Below are positions 47,906 through 58,680 of a DNA stretch of 64,000 nt, one piece after another. Origin of the DNA: an uncultured delta proteobacterium (GTDB taxonomy: Bacteria > Desulfobacterota > Desulfuromonadia > Geobacterales > DSM-12255); the NCBI GenBank assembly GCA_963787125.1, contig CAWBBV010000016.1:21679-85678 (forward strand), given 5' to 3'. Below the pieces are notes generated by a model. The model worked only from the letters and a program-made list of their open reading frames with translations. It ran no database searches and was not told where the DNA came from. A program made the position numbers and the translations under genes. Within the stretch, counting starts at the first letter, position 1; every line of letters starts with the position of its first letter.

Positions 47906-49250
47906 AAAAAGCTTCCAACGCCTTCTCTCCCACATGAGACGCTTTCACACTCCACTTTCCCTGATTCACCACCAGCGCCACCAGCGCTATCTGCGGGTCC
48001 TCCATCGGCGCATAGGCAGCAAACCAGCTGTACTGCCCATCCGGATCTTTACCGTCTATTGAGCCGGTTTTTGCAGCGATGTTCAGCTTCGCCAGGAGCG
48101 CCCTGCCTCTGCGGTCGTGAAATGCGCGCCGTGAAGTCCCTTTGTTCACCGTAGTCGAGAGTGTCTTGGCCAGTTTCAGTGAAGTCTCCTCGGAAAGCAG
48201 CCGACGGAGTTCAAGTGGTGCCGCCGAAAAAAGTAACTCGCCGGTACCGCTGGTTACCTTGTCAGCCAACAGCGGAGTCATCATGAGGCCGCGATTTGCC
48301 ACAGCCCCCATGAGTGCGGCGGCGTGAATCGGCGAGATCTTGACCTCGCGGCCAAGTCCGGCGCCCATAAGCTTGAGCTCTGCATCATTCTGAGGAGAGA
48401 CAGTTGTACTCTGGACAATTGAAGTGCCTGGAAAGAGTGCCTGATTAAAACCGAATTTATTCGCCTCCAGCAGCAGTTGTTCCTTCCCCACATAAGAGCT
48501 GGCAATCCGCCCGAATATCGGATTGACCGATTTTCCCATGGCATCAGTCACGGTCATCTCCGGACTGCGGCGGCCGCGTGGATCCCAGTAGCGCGGATTT
48601 ACCGAAGTCAGTTTCCCGTTGAAGGCGATGACCGTATCAGGGGTAACTTTATTCTGTTCAAGAGCCGCAGAGGCGGTAATGATCTTAAAGAGCGACGCCA
48701 TGGGGTAGATCTGGTAGCAGGCTTTTTTCTGCCACTCTCTGTCAACAGTTGAATGGCTGACCATGCCGAGTACCCTGCCGCTCTTCGGCTCAATTGCGAC
48801 CAAAACAGCATAAGGAACCCGTCTCTCAGCCAGATAGTGCGAAACCCTCTCCTGCAGCACCGGGTCAAGATTGTAGAGCACCGAGCCACCATCCGGCAAG
48901 GATGATTCCAGCTTGTCGCCGACCACCCGCGCTGAAGGAATAAGGTCTGCTGAAAACTGCAACGACTGGAACCGGTCGAGGGGTAGGAGTTTTGGAATCG
49001 CCGGAACAGACGGTTTTGCGTCAGCTTTCTGCACTGGTGAAAGCTGTGCAAATATGGGGGAGATGAGGTTGTAGAGCGGCCACAGCGCCAGAACAACGGC
49101 AATAACCGGCAGGAGTACCCGGAGACGATGCTTCTTGCGCGGGGACTCGGCAAGTTGCCGTCTATGGTTGGCATTCCGGCTTTTACGCCCTTTCAAGAGT
49201 CGCTTCAGAAAGCTCTCTTTTGTTTTTGTGAGATGTTTGATATCCAGCAT
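47898..49250 (-). CDS. Penicillin-binding protein, transpeptidase domain
   Basis: 450 aa; N-terminal TM anchor, SLFK (SxxK) and KTGS (KTG) motifs. Confidence 0.85.
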   Translation of the reverse strand: MLDIKHLTKTKESFLKRLLKGRKSRNANHRRQLAESPRKKHRLRVLLPVIAVVLALWPLYNLISPIFAQLSPVQKADAKPSVPAIPKLLPLDRFQSLQFSADLIPSARVVGDKLESSLPDGGSVLYNLDPVLQERVSHYLAERRVPYAVLVAIEPKSGRVLGMVSHSTVDREWQKKACYQIYPMASLFKIITASAALEQNKVTPDTVIAFNGKLTSVNPRYWDPRGRRSPEMTVTDAMGKSVNPIFGRIASSYVGKEQLLLEANKFGFNQALFPGTSIVQSTTVSPQNDAELKLMGAGLGREVKISPIHAAALMGAVANRGLMMTPLLADKVTSGTGELLFSAAPLELRRLLSEETSLKLAKTLSTTVNKGTSRRAFHDRRGRALLAKLNIAAKTGSIDGKDPDGQYSWFAAYAPMEDPQIALVALVVNQGKWSVKASHVGEKALEAFFR

Positions 49251-49307
49251 ATTGGTTGGCGCACTATATTTGAAAGGGGGGCGCTTGTCAATGAGCGGCG
49301 CAGCTCT

Positions 49308-50639
49308 TCAAGAAGCTAACTTCACTACAACCTCTTTCACGGAGATGCCGGCCAAGCGCTCAGAGCTGTCCCGCTCCGCCTTTGCAAGAAGATCCGCAAA
49401 ATATGATTCGCCGCTTGTCAAAGATTGTGGTTGCCATCCGCCCGAAGATTCGCGTAGAGCGTTAAGAACTTCGCTGACCATTATATGTTCAGGCTCTCTG
49501 GCCAGTCTATAGACAGGAATAGTATCATTAGTGGCGGCGATAAAACCGTCAGTCAGCAGCTTGTCGAGCAGCTCCTTAAGAGTTCTCTCCGGTAGATCGA
49601 AAGTCTCGCCAAGCTGTTCGCATGTCCACCCTTGCGCACCTCTGGCAGCGGCCAGGGCCATATCCTGCAAAATGGCCAGTGACACCAGTTCACGCACTTT
49701 CTGATTGACTGGGCCGCTTCTGATTTCTCTTTTCAGCGACTTGATATTTTGATGGGCGTGCACGACCTCAACGCCAAAGAGGAGAATCAGCCAACTGACA
49801 TATATCCAGATCATGAATGTGGGCAACGCCGCCATGGTCCCGTAGATAGCATTATTTTTGGCAACGCCGAACTGGAAATGGACATACAACCACTGGGCGA
49901 GCTGCCAAAGGGTGCCGGCCAGAAAAGCCCCTGCGAATGCGGATCCAGTGCGGACTTTCGTGTTTGGCACGAGCTTATAGAGAAAAGCAAGGGCAAGGCA
50001 GACAACCAGGTACGGAATAAGATGCAGTAAATACGGCAGAATATCACCCAAGTGCGATGTCGCCAGGAACCAGTGGAATATTGACTGCCCCTCAAGAAAA
50101 GTCGTCATGCTCAGAGCGGTAAATATCAGAATCGGCATACTGATAATGAGGATTATGTAACCGCCAATCTTATTATTAAGGGCTCGAGTCTCCTTGACAA
50201 CCCATATTTCGTTGAATGAACCCTCAACGCTATCCAGCAGCATTATGACAGTGAAAACAAGGCCGGCAAAGCCGAAGCTCCCCAACGAAGTCATATTGGT
50301 ATTGTCGATGTATCTGATGAGTCTGACAGCTACATCCTGAGATCCGGCAGAGAGCTGTTCGAGTAGAAACGGGGCAACCTGATTCTGAACCCCAAGACCT
50401 TTAAGCACCGAGAAAAGAATTGCCAAAAAAGGGATCAGGGAAAGCAGGGTTGTGAAGGCAAGGGCGGATGCGCGCAAAAATGACTGATTACGCCATGAAT
50501 TGCGCAAGACAATGACAAGGAACTGGAGAAAGATCAGCCGATAGCGACGCAAACCATTGCAATTTTCCGGCACTGCTTCCCAGAGAGTTTTCTCGAAATA
50601 GTTCTTGATCGATTTTATTGTTGTTTTTTCAGCAAGCAT
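49308..50639 (-). CDS. YihY/BrkB-family inner-membrane protein with C-terminal winged-helix-like extension
   Basis: Track ORF starts at 50675, but that N-terminus overlaps the terminator hairpin; ATG 50639 (MLAEKTTIK) is preferred. Polytopic membrane core ...FTTLLSLIPFLAILFSVL... Confidence 0.8.
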   Translation of the reverse strand: MLAEKTTIKSIKNYFEKTLWEAVPENCNGLRRYRLIFLQFLVIVLRNSWRNQSFLRASALAFTTLLSLIPFLAILFSVLKGLGVQNQVAPFLLEQLSAGSQDVAVRLIRYIDNTNMTSLGSFGFAGLVFTVIMLLDSVEGSFNEIWVVKETRALNNKIGGYIILIISMPILIFTALSMTTFLEGQSIFHWFLATSHLGDILPYLLHLIPYLVVCLALAFLYKLVPNTKVRTGSAFAGAFLAGTLWQLAQWLYVHFQFGVAKNNAIYGTMAALPTFMIWIYVSWLILLFGVEVVHAHQNIKSLKREIRSGPVNQKVRELVSLAILQDMALAAARGAQGWTCEQLGETFDLPERTLKELLDKLLTDGFIAATNDTIPVYRLAREPEHIMVSEVLNALRESSGGWQPQSLTSGESYFADLLAKAERDSSERLAGISVKEVVVKLAS

Positions 50640-50650
50640 CAATAAAGTCC

Positions 50651-50682
50651 AAAAAAAGGGGCGCACGTCGTGCACCCCTTTT
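50651..50682 (-). terminator. Rho-independent terminator after the ytxH-like gene
   Basis: The minus strand reads GGGGTGCAC-gac-GTGCGCCCC followed by TTTTTTT. Confidence 0.75.
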
Positions 50683-50717
50683 GCGGTTAACAGCTTAGAT
50701 TAAAAAGGCGCAGACGG

Positions 50718-51032
50718 TCAGATACTTTTCAGTTTCTCTTTTTCCCGCTCAATCGCCTCTTTTCCTGCTTCTATAGCGGAAGTCAGTATGCTTTTCTTCT
50801 CGTTGATAATATCTTTGCCATCTTCAATGGTAGACTTTATCTTTTCCTGTGCTTCGCTGGTGTACTCCTTGATTTTGTCGATTGCATCATCGGCAAGGCC
50901 CTTGATCTTACCGCGAATCTCTTCGCCAGTCTTGGGCGCAACCAGAAGGGCTACCCCGGCGCCGACAGCTGCCCCGGCAAGAAACGAGAGAATTACTGCG
51001 CCTGCACCTGCTCCATTATCATTATCAGACAT
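50718..51032 (-). CDS. YtxH-domain protein
   Basis: 104 aa; AGAAVGAGVALLVAPKTGEEIRGKIK then a helical K/E-rich tail. Confidence 0.8.
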   Translation of the reverse strand: MSDNDNGAGAGAVILSFLAGAAVGAGVALLVAPKTGEEIRGKIKGLADDAIDKIKEYTSEAQEKIKSTIEDGKDIINEKKSILTSAIEAGKEAIEREKEKLKSI

Positions 51033-51038
51033 AACTAT

Positions 51039-51428
51039 TTACCTCCTTTTTTTGGTAAATCTATCCAACACAAATGTACCGGCTACCTTTGCTCCAGTGA
51101 CCCATAATGACGACTTTGTCAGTACGTTTGCGGCACTGCCAACAACACCGCCAATTGTTCTGAGCCCTCTACCTGTCTCACCAATGACACTCATAAAGTT
51201 TTTTACGTCCTCTACTTTGTCGGCGGCTCCAGCCGTTATCACATTCAGGTCAGCCAAAACATCTTGCAACTCCTTGATAGTCGGCACTATCTCCGTGTCA
51301 AGCTTTACCGTCAGCTCCCTGACAGCAACAGCAGCGGCTTTCAGCTCCCGAATCAGCGGGATGAGTGCGACAACCAGCGCAACAGCGGCAATCGCAACCA
51401 CAAGCGCTGCAATATTAATAATTATCAT
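51039..51428 (-). CDS. DUF948-domain membrane-anchored protein
   Basis: 129 aa; N-terminal TM IIINIAALVVAIAAVALVVALIPLI followed by a coiled-coil, as in DUF948. Confidence 0.75.
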   Translation of the reverse strand: MIIINIAALVVAIAAVALVVALIPLIRELKAAAVAVRELTVKLDTEIVPTIKELQDVLADLNVITAGAADKVEDVKNFMSVIGETGRGLRTIGGVVGSAANVLTKSSLWVTGAKVAGTFVLDRFTKKRR

Positions 51429-51536
51429 GATAGAGGCCTCCGACTTTTTCTGGAAAATCCAGTCAGGTTAGAATTATATCTTTATTCCACTGTAATGCAA
51501 CTTTTAGCCAGGGAAAAGTTATCATGCTGATTAAAC

Positions 51537-51725
51537 TCATGATTTTTTTTCATCATCCTCTTTACCTGACTTGATAACGATCTCTTCCTTGCCGTCTGAA
51601 GCACGCTTGAAATTTCTGATGCTCTTGCCGAGTGCGCCACCTATTTCCGGCAACTTGCCTGCGCCAAAAACTACCAGTACTATCACCAGAACAACTATCA
51701 TCTCCGGCATGCCGAATCCAAACAT
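51537..51725 (-). CDS. tatA: Twin-arginine translocase subunit TatA/E
   Basis: [42 protein letters not shown]. The track ORF extends to 51791; GGGGGA precedes ATG 51725. Confidence 0.88.
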   Translation of the reverse strand: MFGFGMPEMIVVLVIVLVVFGAGKLPEIGGALGKSIRNFKRASDGKEEIVIKSGKEDDEKKS

Positions 51726-51837
51726 AAATCCCCCCATCTGCATCATTGAAGCCAAGTCTGGCAATAATACACTCAGGTGAGAAAAAATCAAGCTGACTTC
51801 GCATTACAAAGCTTTCCGTTCATGCTATAAATCATCT

Positions 51838-53832
51838 ATGCCAATATTCACCCTGAAATCCGACTATCAACCGCGTGGTGACCAGCCGCAGGCGATCTCT
51901 GAACTCGTCGCCGGGCTGCGGCGCGGAGACAGGCACCAGGTTCTGCTGGGGGTGACCGGCTCCGGCAAGACCTTCACCATGGCCAATGTCATCGCGGCAA
52001 CTGATCGCCCGGCCCTCATTCTTGCCCCCAACAAGACCCTTGCAGCCCAGCTCTACGGCGAGTTCAAAGAGCTTTTCCCTGACAATGCCGTGGAATATTT
52101 TGTCTCCTATTACGATTACTACCAACCCGAAGCCTATATCCCGACAACAGATACTTTTATTGAAAAAGATTCCGCCATAAACGACGAGATCGACAAACTG
52201 CGCCACTCGGCAACCCGAAGTCTTTTGACGAGGCACGACGTCATCATAGTCGCGTCGGTCTCCTGTATCTACGGCATCGGCTCACCGGCTGAATACGAGG
52301 CGATGCATATTTTTTTCAATCTGGGCGATGATTACGGCAGAGACAATCTCCTTCGCAAACTGGTTGAAATCCAGTACGAACGGAATGATGTTGATTTTCA
52401 TCGCGGCACGTTCCGGGTTCGCGGTGACAATATCGAAATCTTTCCTGCCCACGATGACGAGAAGGCGATCAGGGTCGAATTTTTTGGTGATAACATCGAA
52501 TCAATCTGCGAAATCGATCCACTGCGGGGCATCATCCTCAATCGTATCACAAAATGTGCAATCTACCCGGCGTCACACTATGTTGCCACCAAGGAGACGC
52601 TCGAACGCGCCATTGAAGAGATCAGAAATGACCTGCGAGAGCGCCTGCAGTGGTTCCGCGCCGAAAATATGCTGGTGGAAGCGCAGCGACTGGAACAGCG
52701 GGTCATGTTTGACCTGGAGATGATGGAAGAGATGGGGTTTTGTCAGGGGATTGAAAACTACTCCCGCTACTTTGACAACAGAGAGGTGGGGGAGCCGCCA
52801 TTCACTTTGATTGACTACTTTCCCGCTGATTTCATCCTTTTTGTGGATGAATCCCACATCACCAATTCCCAGGTCGGCGCTATGTACCGGGGAGACAGAA
52901 GCCGGAAAGATACTCTTGTCAACTTCGGCTTCCGCCTGCCGGCAGCCCTTGACAACCGCCCGCTTAACTTCACCGAATTTGAAGCAAAACTGCGGCAGAC
53001 AATTCATGTCTCTGCCACTCCGGCTGATTATGAGCTGCAGCAGGCAGAGGGGGTGGTGGTTGAACAGGTGATTCGTCCTACCGGGCTCCTCGACCCTATG
53101 ATTGAGGTTCGCCCGGCCACCCTGCAGGTCGATGACCTTTTGCTGGAAATCCGTAAGACTGTTGAAAAAGGAGAGCGGATTCTGGTCACCACCCTCACAA
53201 AACGGATGTCTGAAGAGCTGACAGAGTACTACCGGAACATCGGTGTCCGGGTAAAATATCTCCACTCGGACATTGACACCATCCAGAGGATGGAGATCAT
53301 CCGCTCACTGCGACTGGGTGAATTTGACGTCCTTGTGGGAATAAACCTGCTCAGGGAGGGGCTCGATCTACCAGAAGTCTCTCTGGTAGCCATCATGGAT
53401 GCCGACAAGGAAGGGTTCCTCCGCTCACAGCGCTCCCTGATCCAGACCTGCGGCAGAGCCGCCAGAAATATAAACGGTCGGGTGATCATGTACGCCGACA
53501 TCATTACCCGTTCCATGCAGGCGTGCCTTGATGAGACAAACAGGCGCAGGAAACTGCAGGAAGAATACAACCGCGCCAACAACATTACCCCCCGGACTGT
53601 ACGCAAAGGGATTCGCACCATCCTTGAATCAATTGAGGAAAAGGATTACTACGAACTGCCACTTGCGGCTGAAGCGCAGGAAGAGTATCTGCCTCCAAAA
53701 GAACTTGCCCGACTGGTTAAAAAACTGCGTAAAGAGATGCTGGATGCAGCCAAGGAGCTTGATTTTGAGAAAGCAGCGGCTTTGCGTGATCGGGTTCGCA
53801 AGCTGGAATCTATGGAGTTGAAGCTTCGATGA
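51838..53832 (+). CDS. uvrB: Excinuclease ABC subunit B
   Basis: 664 aa; GVTGSGKTF Walker A, DESH box, C-terminal UVR domain ...[16 protein letters not shown]. Confidence 0.98.
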   Translation: MPIFTLKSDYQPRGDQPQAISELVAGLRRGDRHQVLLGVTGSGKTFTMANVIAATDRPALILAPNKTLAAQLYGEFKELFPDNAVEYFVSYYDYYQPEAYIPTTDTFIEKDSAINDEIDKLRHSATRSLLTRHDVIIVASVSCIYGIGSPAEYEAMHIFFNLGDDYGRDNLLRKLVEIQYERNDVDFHRGTFRVRGDNIEIFPAHDDEKAIRVEFFGDNIESICEIDPLRGIILNRITKCAIYPASHYVATKETLERAIEEIRNDLRERLQWFRAENMLVEAQRLEQRVMFDLEMMEEMGFCQGIENYSRYFDNREVGEPPFTLIDYFPADFILFVDESHITNSQVGAMYRGDRSRKDTLVNFGFRLPAALDNRPLNFTEFEAKLRQTIHVSATPADYELQQAEGVVVEQVIRPTGLLDPMIEVRPATLQVDDLLLEIRKTVEKGERILVTTLTKRMSEELTEYYRNIGVRVKYLHSDIDTIQRMEIIRSLRLGEFDVLVGINLLREGLDLPEVSLVAIMDADKEGFLRSQRSLIQTCGRAARNINGRVIMYADIITRSMQACLDETNRRRKLQEEYNRANNITPRTVRKGIRTILESIEEKDYYELPLAAEAQEEYLPPKELARLVKKLRKEMLDAAKELDFEKAAALRDRVRKLESMELKLR

Positions 53833-54575
53833 AAACCGAGTCTTTAAACCTGAAAAGGCTCCTGGTACCGATTATAAATCTGTTTTTCCCGCCAGTTTGT
53901 CATCTCTGCAAGGAGTTCATTCCGGACGCAGGCGAGGTGAAGCTCTGCTTGAGCTGCCTGGCTAAAGCACCGCCGCTGGCGTCCCCCAAATGCTACTGCT
54001 GCAGTCAGCCGTTTGCAACGGTTGGCGGAATTGACCACCTCTGCGGCCTCTGCAGCGCTGACCCGCCCCCCTTTTCTACCGCCCGTGCCCCTCTTCTCTT
54101 TCAAGACACCACCAGAGAGCTTATCCACCAGTTCAAATACGGCAAAAGAGTTATGCTCCGCAAACCGCTTGGCCTCCTTGCCGCAGCTTATCTGGACAAT
54201 TTTGCCGGCGAATTCGGCGCGGACCTTATTCTGCCCGTGCCGCTGCATGTCAAAAGACTCCGGCAGCGAGGCTTTAATCAGGCGATTCTGCTGGGAGAGA
54301 TTTTTTCCAAAAGATGGGGGGTGGCGCTGTCAAGGAACAATCTGAGGAGGACAAGATGGACGGAACCACAGGTGAATCTGGGGGCAGCAGAGCGGGCAGC
54401 CAATGTAAAAGGGGCATTTGCGATTACGGCTACGACGGAAATAGCCGGCAAGAAAATTTTTCTGGTTGACGATGTCTACACAACCGGCAGCACAGCCAAA
54501 GAGTGCTGCCGCATTCTTATGAAAGCGGGCGCTGCCGAAGTAGCGGTGCTGACGATTGCCAGAAGCGCAAGCTGA
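53829..54575 (+). CDS. ComF-family phosphoribosyltransferase-like protein
   Basis: 248 aa; N-terminal Cys-rich Zn-finger (CHLC...CLSC...CYCC...CGLC) and PRT motif [13 protein letters not shown]. Confidence 0.85.
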   Translation: MKTESLNLKRLLVPIINLFFPPVCHLCKEFIPDAGEVKLCLSCLAKAPPLASPKCYCCSQPFATVGGIDHLCGLCSADPPPFSTARAPLLFQDTTRELIHQFKYGKRVMLRKPLGLLAAAYLDNFAGEFGADLILPVPLHVKRLRQRGFNQAILLGEIFSKRWGVALSRNNLRRTRWTEPQVNLGAAERAANVKGAFAITATTEIAGKKIFLVDDVYTTGSTAKECCRILMKAGAAEVAVLTIARSAS

Positions 54576-54599
54576 TACTTTGCTGGTGCTACTTCAGCC

Positions 54600-55157
54600 T
54601 TAATATACGCTAAGCACATTCGGCGATTTTACACCCTTGAAATCCACATAGTACACATCTACCTGCATTGAATTTCTGTTAATGTTGACAACAACAGTTC
54701 CCTTGGCATTAGCATTGGTTACATAGCTCGCGTAAGGATATTGGGTGTTATTGTAACTGATGAAAATAGCGGGGTTCTTGAATGCAGCGGTAATTGAAGT
54801 CGAATTAAGAACTACCTTACTGTTTGAGAACGGGTTCTTGTGTCCGTAAGAGTTTGAATTGGTTAAACCCTTTTCCCAGATCTCCAGAAGCGCGGCATTC
54901 AGGTAGGCAGAGTTGTACTTCCCTTTAACTTTGGCCGTTGTAGTATAGCGGTGCGCAAGGTCAAAATTGCCGTTTATGCCGGAGACTTCCTGATGAAGAT
55001 ATCTCATCATTGCTGTGAGCTTTACGATTTTAGCCCTCTCGATATACTTGCCCATTGTCAGCATCGCGACCGATGAAAGAATTGCAATTATTCCAATCGT
55101 AACGAGCAGTTCTACCAGGGTAAACCCGGCCTTCGCATAATTTCGGTTTCTGTTCAT
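54600..55157 (-). CDS. Prepilin-type N-terminal cleavage/methylation domain protein (pseudopilin/pilin)
   Basis: 185 aa; KAGFTLVELLVTIGIIAILSSVA class III signal. Confidence 0.85.
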   Translation of the reverse strand: MNRNRNYAKAGFTLVELLVTIGIIAILSSVAMLTMGKYIERAKIVKLTAMMRYLHQEVSGINGNFDLAHRYTTTAKVKGKYNSAYLNAALLEIWEKGLTNSNSYGHKNPFSNSKVVLNSTSITAAFKNPAIFISYNNTQYPYASYVTNANAKGTVVVNINRNSMQVDVYYVDFKGVKSPNVLSVY

Positions 55158-55858
55158 TGGATCACCTCCGGCGCGTTTTCCCCAACGACTCTCAATACCT
55201 TTAAGGGCGGGTCATGACGCTCAGGTGTCGGACATGAAATAATCCTTGCTGAACCTGCTGAACTGAATTTGTACGTTTCTCCACTGACAGGACAAAGCAG
55301 CTCAGGTTTACTCGAAATTTTTCCCATAAAAAACAGCTGATATTCGACCAGATTCCCCATACAGAGAGCTGTGTCCCTTGGCTGCCCAGGGAATGGATCT
55401 GCTGCTTCCTTCAGAGGCCTAGTCAGTTTGAACATTGAGTACGCATTAAAGCCTATTACCCCAATGGCAAGCACAAGCACCAGAATCAAAAATACTGTTG
55501 CAGCTGTACTCCGTTTTTTTTCCATCTTTTTATGCACAACCCCTAGTTTGTCTTCGATAATACTCTGCTGAAGAACAGGGTCTGCAAGATGCAGGGTTTT
55601 TATGAGCCCTTGTAATTTCTCTCCAAACTTCTCAGTCTCATCCTCATCTAACCTGATAAAGGGCTTATTTGTGACCGACGGATTCATTTCCAGAAAGATA
55701 ATTCCATCACAATCAGAGAGCTGCTCATCGCTGACTGAACGTTCATAGGCACAGATGGAGTAGGTAAGAGTTTTCAGCTGAATCTCTTTTTCCAGAAGTT
55801 CGTATAGTTTACTCCAAACTTCGCTGCCAGGATCCATCCCGACTACATTGATCTTCAT
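55154..55858 (-). CDS. Hypothetical single-pass membrane protein
   Basis: 234 aa; central TM ATVFLILVLVLAIGVIGF. Translationally coupled between the ATPase and pseudopilin genes. Confidence 0.6.
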   Translation of the reverse strand: MKINVVGMDPGSEVWSKLYELLEKEIQLKTLTYSICAYERSVSDEQLSDCDGIIFLEMNPSVTNKPFIRLDEDETEKFGEKLQGLIKTLHLADPVLQQSIIEDKLGVVHKKMEKKRSTAATVFLILVLVLAIGVIGFNAYSMFKLTRPLKEAADPFPGQPRDTALCMGNLVEYQLFFMGKISSKPELLCPVSGETYKFSSAGSARIISCPTPERHDPPLKVLRVVGENAPEVIQ

Positions 55859-55890
55859 AATTTCCTCTCCGTCGATGTAATATTAGAGCC

Positions 55891-57828
55891 TCACTTAATG
55901 CATACTCTCCGTATTTCATGGATATCGGTCAACCCCTGCATCACCTTCAGGATTCCGTCTTGCTTAAGAGTTGTCATTCCGCCATCTATGGACTGCGCCC
56001 GGATAACATCTGTCGATACTTTGGCCTTTATGGAAATTTTCATGGCATCACTTGTCACCAGAAGTTCGTGGATGCCGAGTCTGCCCCTGTAGCCACTGGA
56101 ATTGCAGTTATCACAACCACAAGCCTTTGCCAATTGCACTCTGTCTCGGTCTACACCAGACAAGGTAAATGCCTCGAAACCATATTCATTGACAAGCTCA
56201 CTCCACTCATCGTCATCAGGGGTGTACTTTACTTTGCATTTATCGCAAAGCCTGCGCGTAAGGCGCTGGGCGAGGATGCAAAGGAGTGAATCGGCAAAGC
56301 CGAACGGATCTATTCCCATTTCCAGCAGACGGGTTAGTGTCTCAGGAGCAGAGTTCGTGTGCAGCGTTGAAAAGACAAGATGCCCTGTAAGAGATGATTC
56401 TACTGCGATGGCAGCGGTTTCTTCATCTCTCATCTCACCGACCATTATGACATCAGGATCGAGTCTCAGAAAAGATCGGAGAGCTGCTGCAAAGGTAAGT
56501 CCTATCCTGTGATTCACCTGGACCTGTCGAAGACCCAGCTGTGTTATCTCCACAGGGTCTTCGACTGTCCAGATCTTAACTTTCGGAGTATTTATCGTGG
56601 CAATTGCCGAATGGAGAGTCGTAGTTTTTCCTGAACCAGTCGGGCCTACCACAAGAATCAGCCCATAAGGCTGATGGATGGCATTGTCAAACTCACGCAG
56701 ATTTCGATCAGTCAAGCCGAGATGCTTGTACTCAACCGGATCAGAGTTGTTCAAAAGCCTCAAGACCACATCCTCCATACCTCCGACGGTGGGCATGGTG
56801 GCAAGTCTCAATTCAATGTCTGCGGGTCCGAATTTCTTGAAATCTATCTTCCCATCCTGCGGTTTGCGTCTTTCCGAGATATCAAGATCAGCCATTATCT
56901 TGAGTCGTGACGGAATTGAGTATTTGTACCTGGACGGAATCTTATCATAGACCTCACAGCAGCCATCAACTCTCATCCTGACGATCATATCCCCTTTTTC
57001 TGGTGACGGCTCGATATGAATATCTGACGCCCGCCTGGTCCAGGCATCATAAATTATTTTATTGATCATTTTTGCAACCAGACTGTCCGTCTCGGTTACA
57101 ACCCTGGTATCTTTCTCTTCTTCAGGGGCTTCCACCTCTCCCGCCACAAGCTCCTGTATCGAGTTAGCCAGAGTCGCTCTATTTCCTTTAACAGGAGTCG
57201 AGGTCACTTCAGGAGTCACTGTGGCGGAATAAAGCTGCTGTGTTTTAATAATCTCGTCTTCGGGGGCAATGACGATTTCCACCTTCAGCTTCAAATGGTC
57301 TTCAAGCCGAAGCAGCTCCTTCGGCTCTAAAGGCCTGGACATTGCGATGGTAACTTTCCGGCCATCAAGGGCAACCGGGACAAGCTTCCGATCACCGATC
57401 ACAAAAGAGATGATGGATTTGGCAAGACCGATTTTGATGTCAGGAAGATTGCCGCTCAAGTGAATAAATGGAAGCCCGGAGTAGATAGAAATTGCCTTTG
57501 CAAGCGATTCCGAATTAAGGAAATCCAGGTTAAGCAACACCTTGAAGAGTGAAATGTGCTCACTCAGACTCATATCGTAGGCAAGATCCAACTCATCATT
57601 GGTAACAAACTTGTAGTTAAGCAGGACTTCTCCAAATTTTTGCCGTCTTTCGTATTGATCAAGAGCCATTTGGAGGGCCGGCTCCTTCAGATAACCGAGA
57701 CTGATGAGAATAGCGCCAAGCTTATCATTCGCTCTCGAGTCTCTCTGTATTGCGAGCGCTTCGTTTAGCTGCTCATCAGTAATCATCCTGAATTCAAGCA
57801 GGATTTCGCCCAACAGCCTCTGTTTCAT
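55891..57828 (-). CDS. GspE/PilB-family secretion ATPase with tandem N-terminal T2SSE_N/MshEN-like domains
   Basis: 645 aa; Walker A GPTGSGKTT, Asp/His boxes, tetracysteine CDKC...CDNC. Confidence 0.92.
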   Translation of the reverse strand: MKQRLLGEILLEFRMITDEQLNEALAIQRDSRANDKLGAILISLGYLKEPALQMALDQYERRQKFGEVLLNYKFVTNDELDLAYDMSLSEHISLFKVLLNLDFLNSESLAKAISIYSGLPFIHLSGNLPDIKIGLAKSIISFVIGDRKLVPVALDGRKVTIAMSRPLEPKELLRLEDHLKLKVEIVIAPEDEIIKTQQLYSATVTPEVTSTPVKGNRATLANSIQELVAGEVEAPEEEKDTRVVTETDSLVAKMINKIIYDAWTRRASDIHIEPSPEKGDMIVRMRVDGCCEVYDKIPSRYKYSIPSRLKIMADLDISERRKPQDGKIDFKKFGPADIELRLATMPTVGGMEDVVLRLLNNSDPVEYKHLGLTDRNLREFDNAIHQPYGLILVVGPTGSGKTTTLHSAIATINTPKVKIWTVEDPVEITQLGLRQVQVNHRIGLTFAAALRSFLRLDPDVIMVGEMRDEETAAIAVESSLTGHLVFSTLHTNSAPETLTRLLEMGIDPFGFADSLLCILAQRLTRRLCDKCKVKYTPDDDEWSELVNEYGFEAFTLSGVDRDRVQLAKACGCDNCNSSGYRGRLGIHELLVTSDAMKISIKAKVSTDVIRAQSIDGGMTTLKQDGILKVMQGLTDIHEIRRVCIK

Positions 57829-57868
57829 CTCACTTTCCCTTTATGCACAAAATATTTATTCGCCATTA

Positions 57869-58249
57869 CTATAATTGCTGTGCTGATGCTTCAGGGGTAT
57901 TCTCGTTGAGCCTCGCAAGCATATACTCGAAAGCGTTCACACGTGAAGCCATGACAACAATCTTCTGATCAGCCCGAGTCATGGTAAAGAGTTTTTGCAC
58001 GTTGTCCCTGAGCCCGCAGCAAACAAGTTTGCCTGAGCAGGCGGCCAAATCTCTGGCGGTGGAGATGCATAGTCCAAGGCCGGAGCTGTCGACGAAATCA
58101 ACTCTGGAGAGGTCAAAAACTATATAGATGTACTTTTTGTCAACAAGCTTCTGCACCTGGCTCTTAAGCTCCTCAAGTGTGCTTGCTACGAGACTCCCCA
58201 CCAGTTTCAGAAAAATGATGTCACTATCAACTTCAACTTTAATCTCCAT
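57869..58249 (-). CDS. STAS-domain anti-sigma-factor antagonist
   Basis: 126 aa; FVDSSGLGL phosphorylatable-Ser motif. Confidence 0.85.
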   Translation of the reverse strand: MEIKVEVDSDIIFLKLVGSLVASTLEELKSQVQKLVDKKYIYIVFDLSRVDFVDSSGLGLCISTARDLAACSGKLVCCGLRDNVQKLFTMTRADQKIVVMASRVNAFEYMLARLNENTPEASAQQL

Positions 58250-58257
58250 AAGTCCCC

Positions 58258-58680
58258 CTATCTTTCTGTTGAAAATAGTTTTGCAACGACTGTAACATTC
58301 TTGCCATCCTGGAATTTATAACTGAACTCATCTGAAAGCTGTTCTATGATTGCAAGCCCATAGCCACCCTCAGGAAGATCATCTTTTTCGTCAAAATCCG
58401 GCATTTTTGCTTTTCTGGCAGTCGGATCGAACGCCACCCCGTCAGTCTTCAGGGTAAACAGAGCCTTAGCAGCTTCCAGCTTGAGTTCACCTTCTATGCA
58501 GACGCAACGACCATGCTCAACAGCATTATTGACAAGCTCGCTGACAACCTGGCAAAACTCGTCAATCCTCGAGTCTTCACCTGAACCAAGCCTTATCGCA
58601 AGCTCTTCTTTAACTTTTTTACGAATAATTTCGGTACTGCTGAACTCTGGCTTTATGGAGAACAGGACTTTATTTTCCAT
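58258..58680 (-). CDS. RsbW/SpoIIAB-like anti-sigma factor serine kinase
   Basis: N-box ELVNNAVEHG, G-box GGYGLAI. Start chosen at MENKVLF (58680); the track ORF runs to 58725. Confidence 0.8.
   Translation of the reverse strand: MENKVLFSIKPEFSSTEIIRKKVKEELAIRLGSGEDSRIDEFCQVVSELVNNAVEHGRCVCIEGELKLEAAKALFTLKTDGVAFDPTARKAKMPDFDEKDDLPEGGYGLAIIEQLSDEFSYKFQDGKNVTVVAKLFSTER

Noticed and set aside
50640-50675. N-terminal 12 codons of the yihY-like track ORF (MHDVRPFFWTLL)
   Set aside because: They coincide with the stem-loop and T-tract of the upstream gene's intrinsic terminator; the ATG at 50639 is the more plausible start.
38518-53265. Long antisense ORFs (38518-39135, 41651-42280, 43146-43787, 44738-45421, 50788-51471, 52573-53265)
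   Set aside because: Each is opposite a well-supported gene (radical SAM, lipoprotein, MFS/plsY, AI-2E, YtxH/DUF948, uvrB) and has no motifs of its own.
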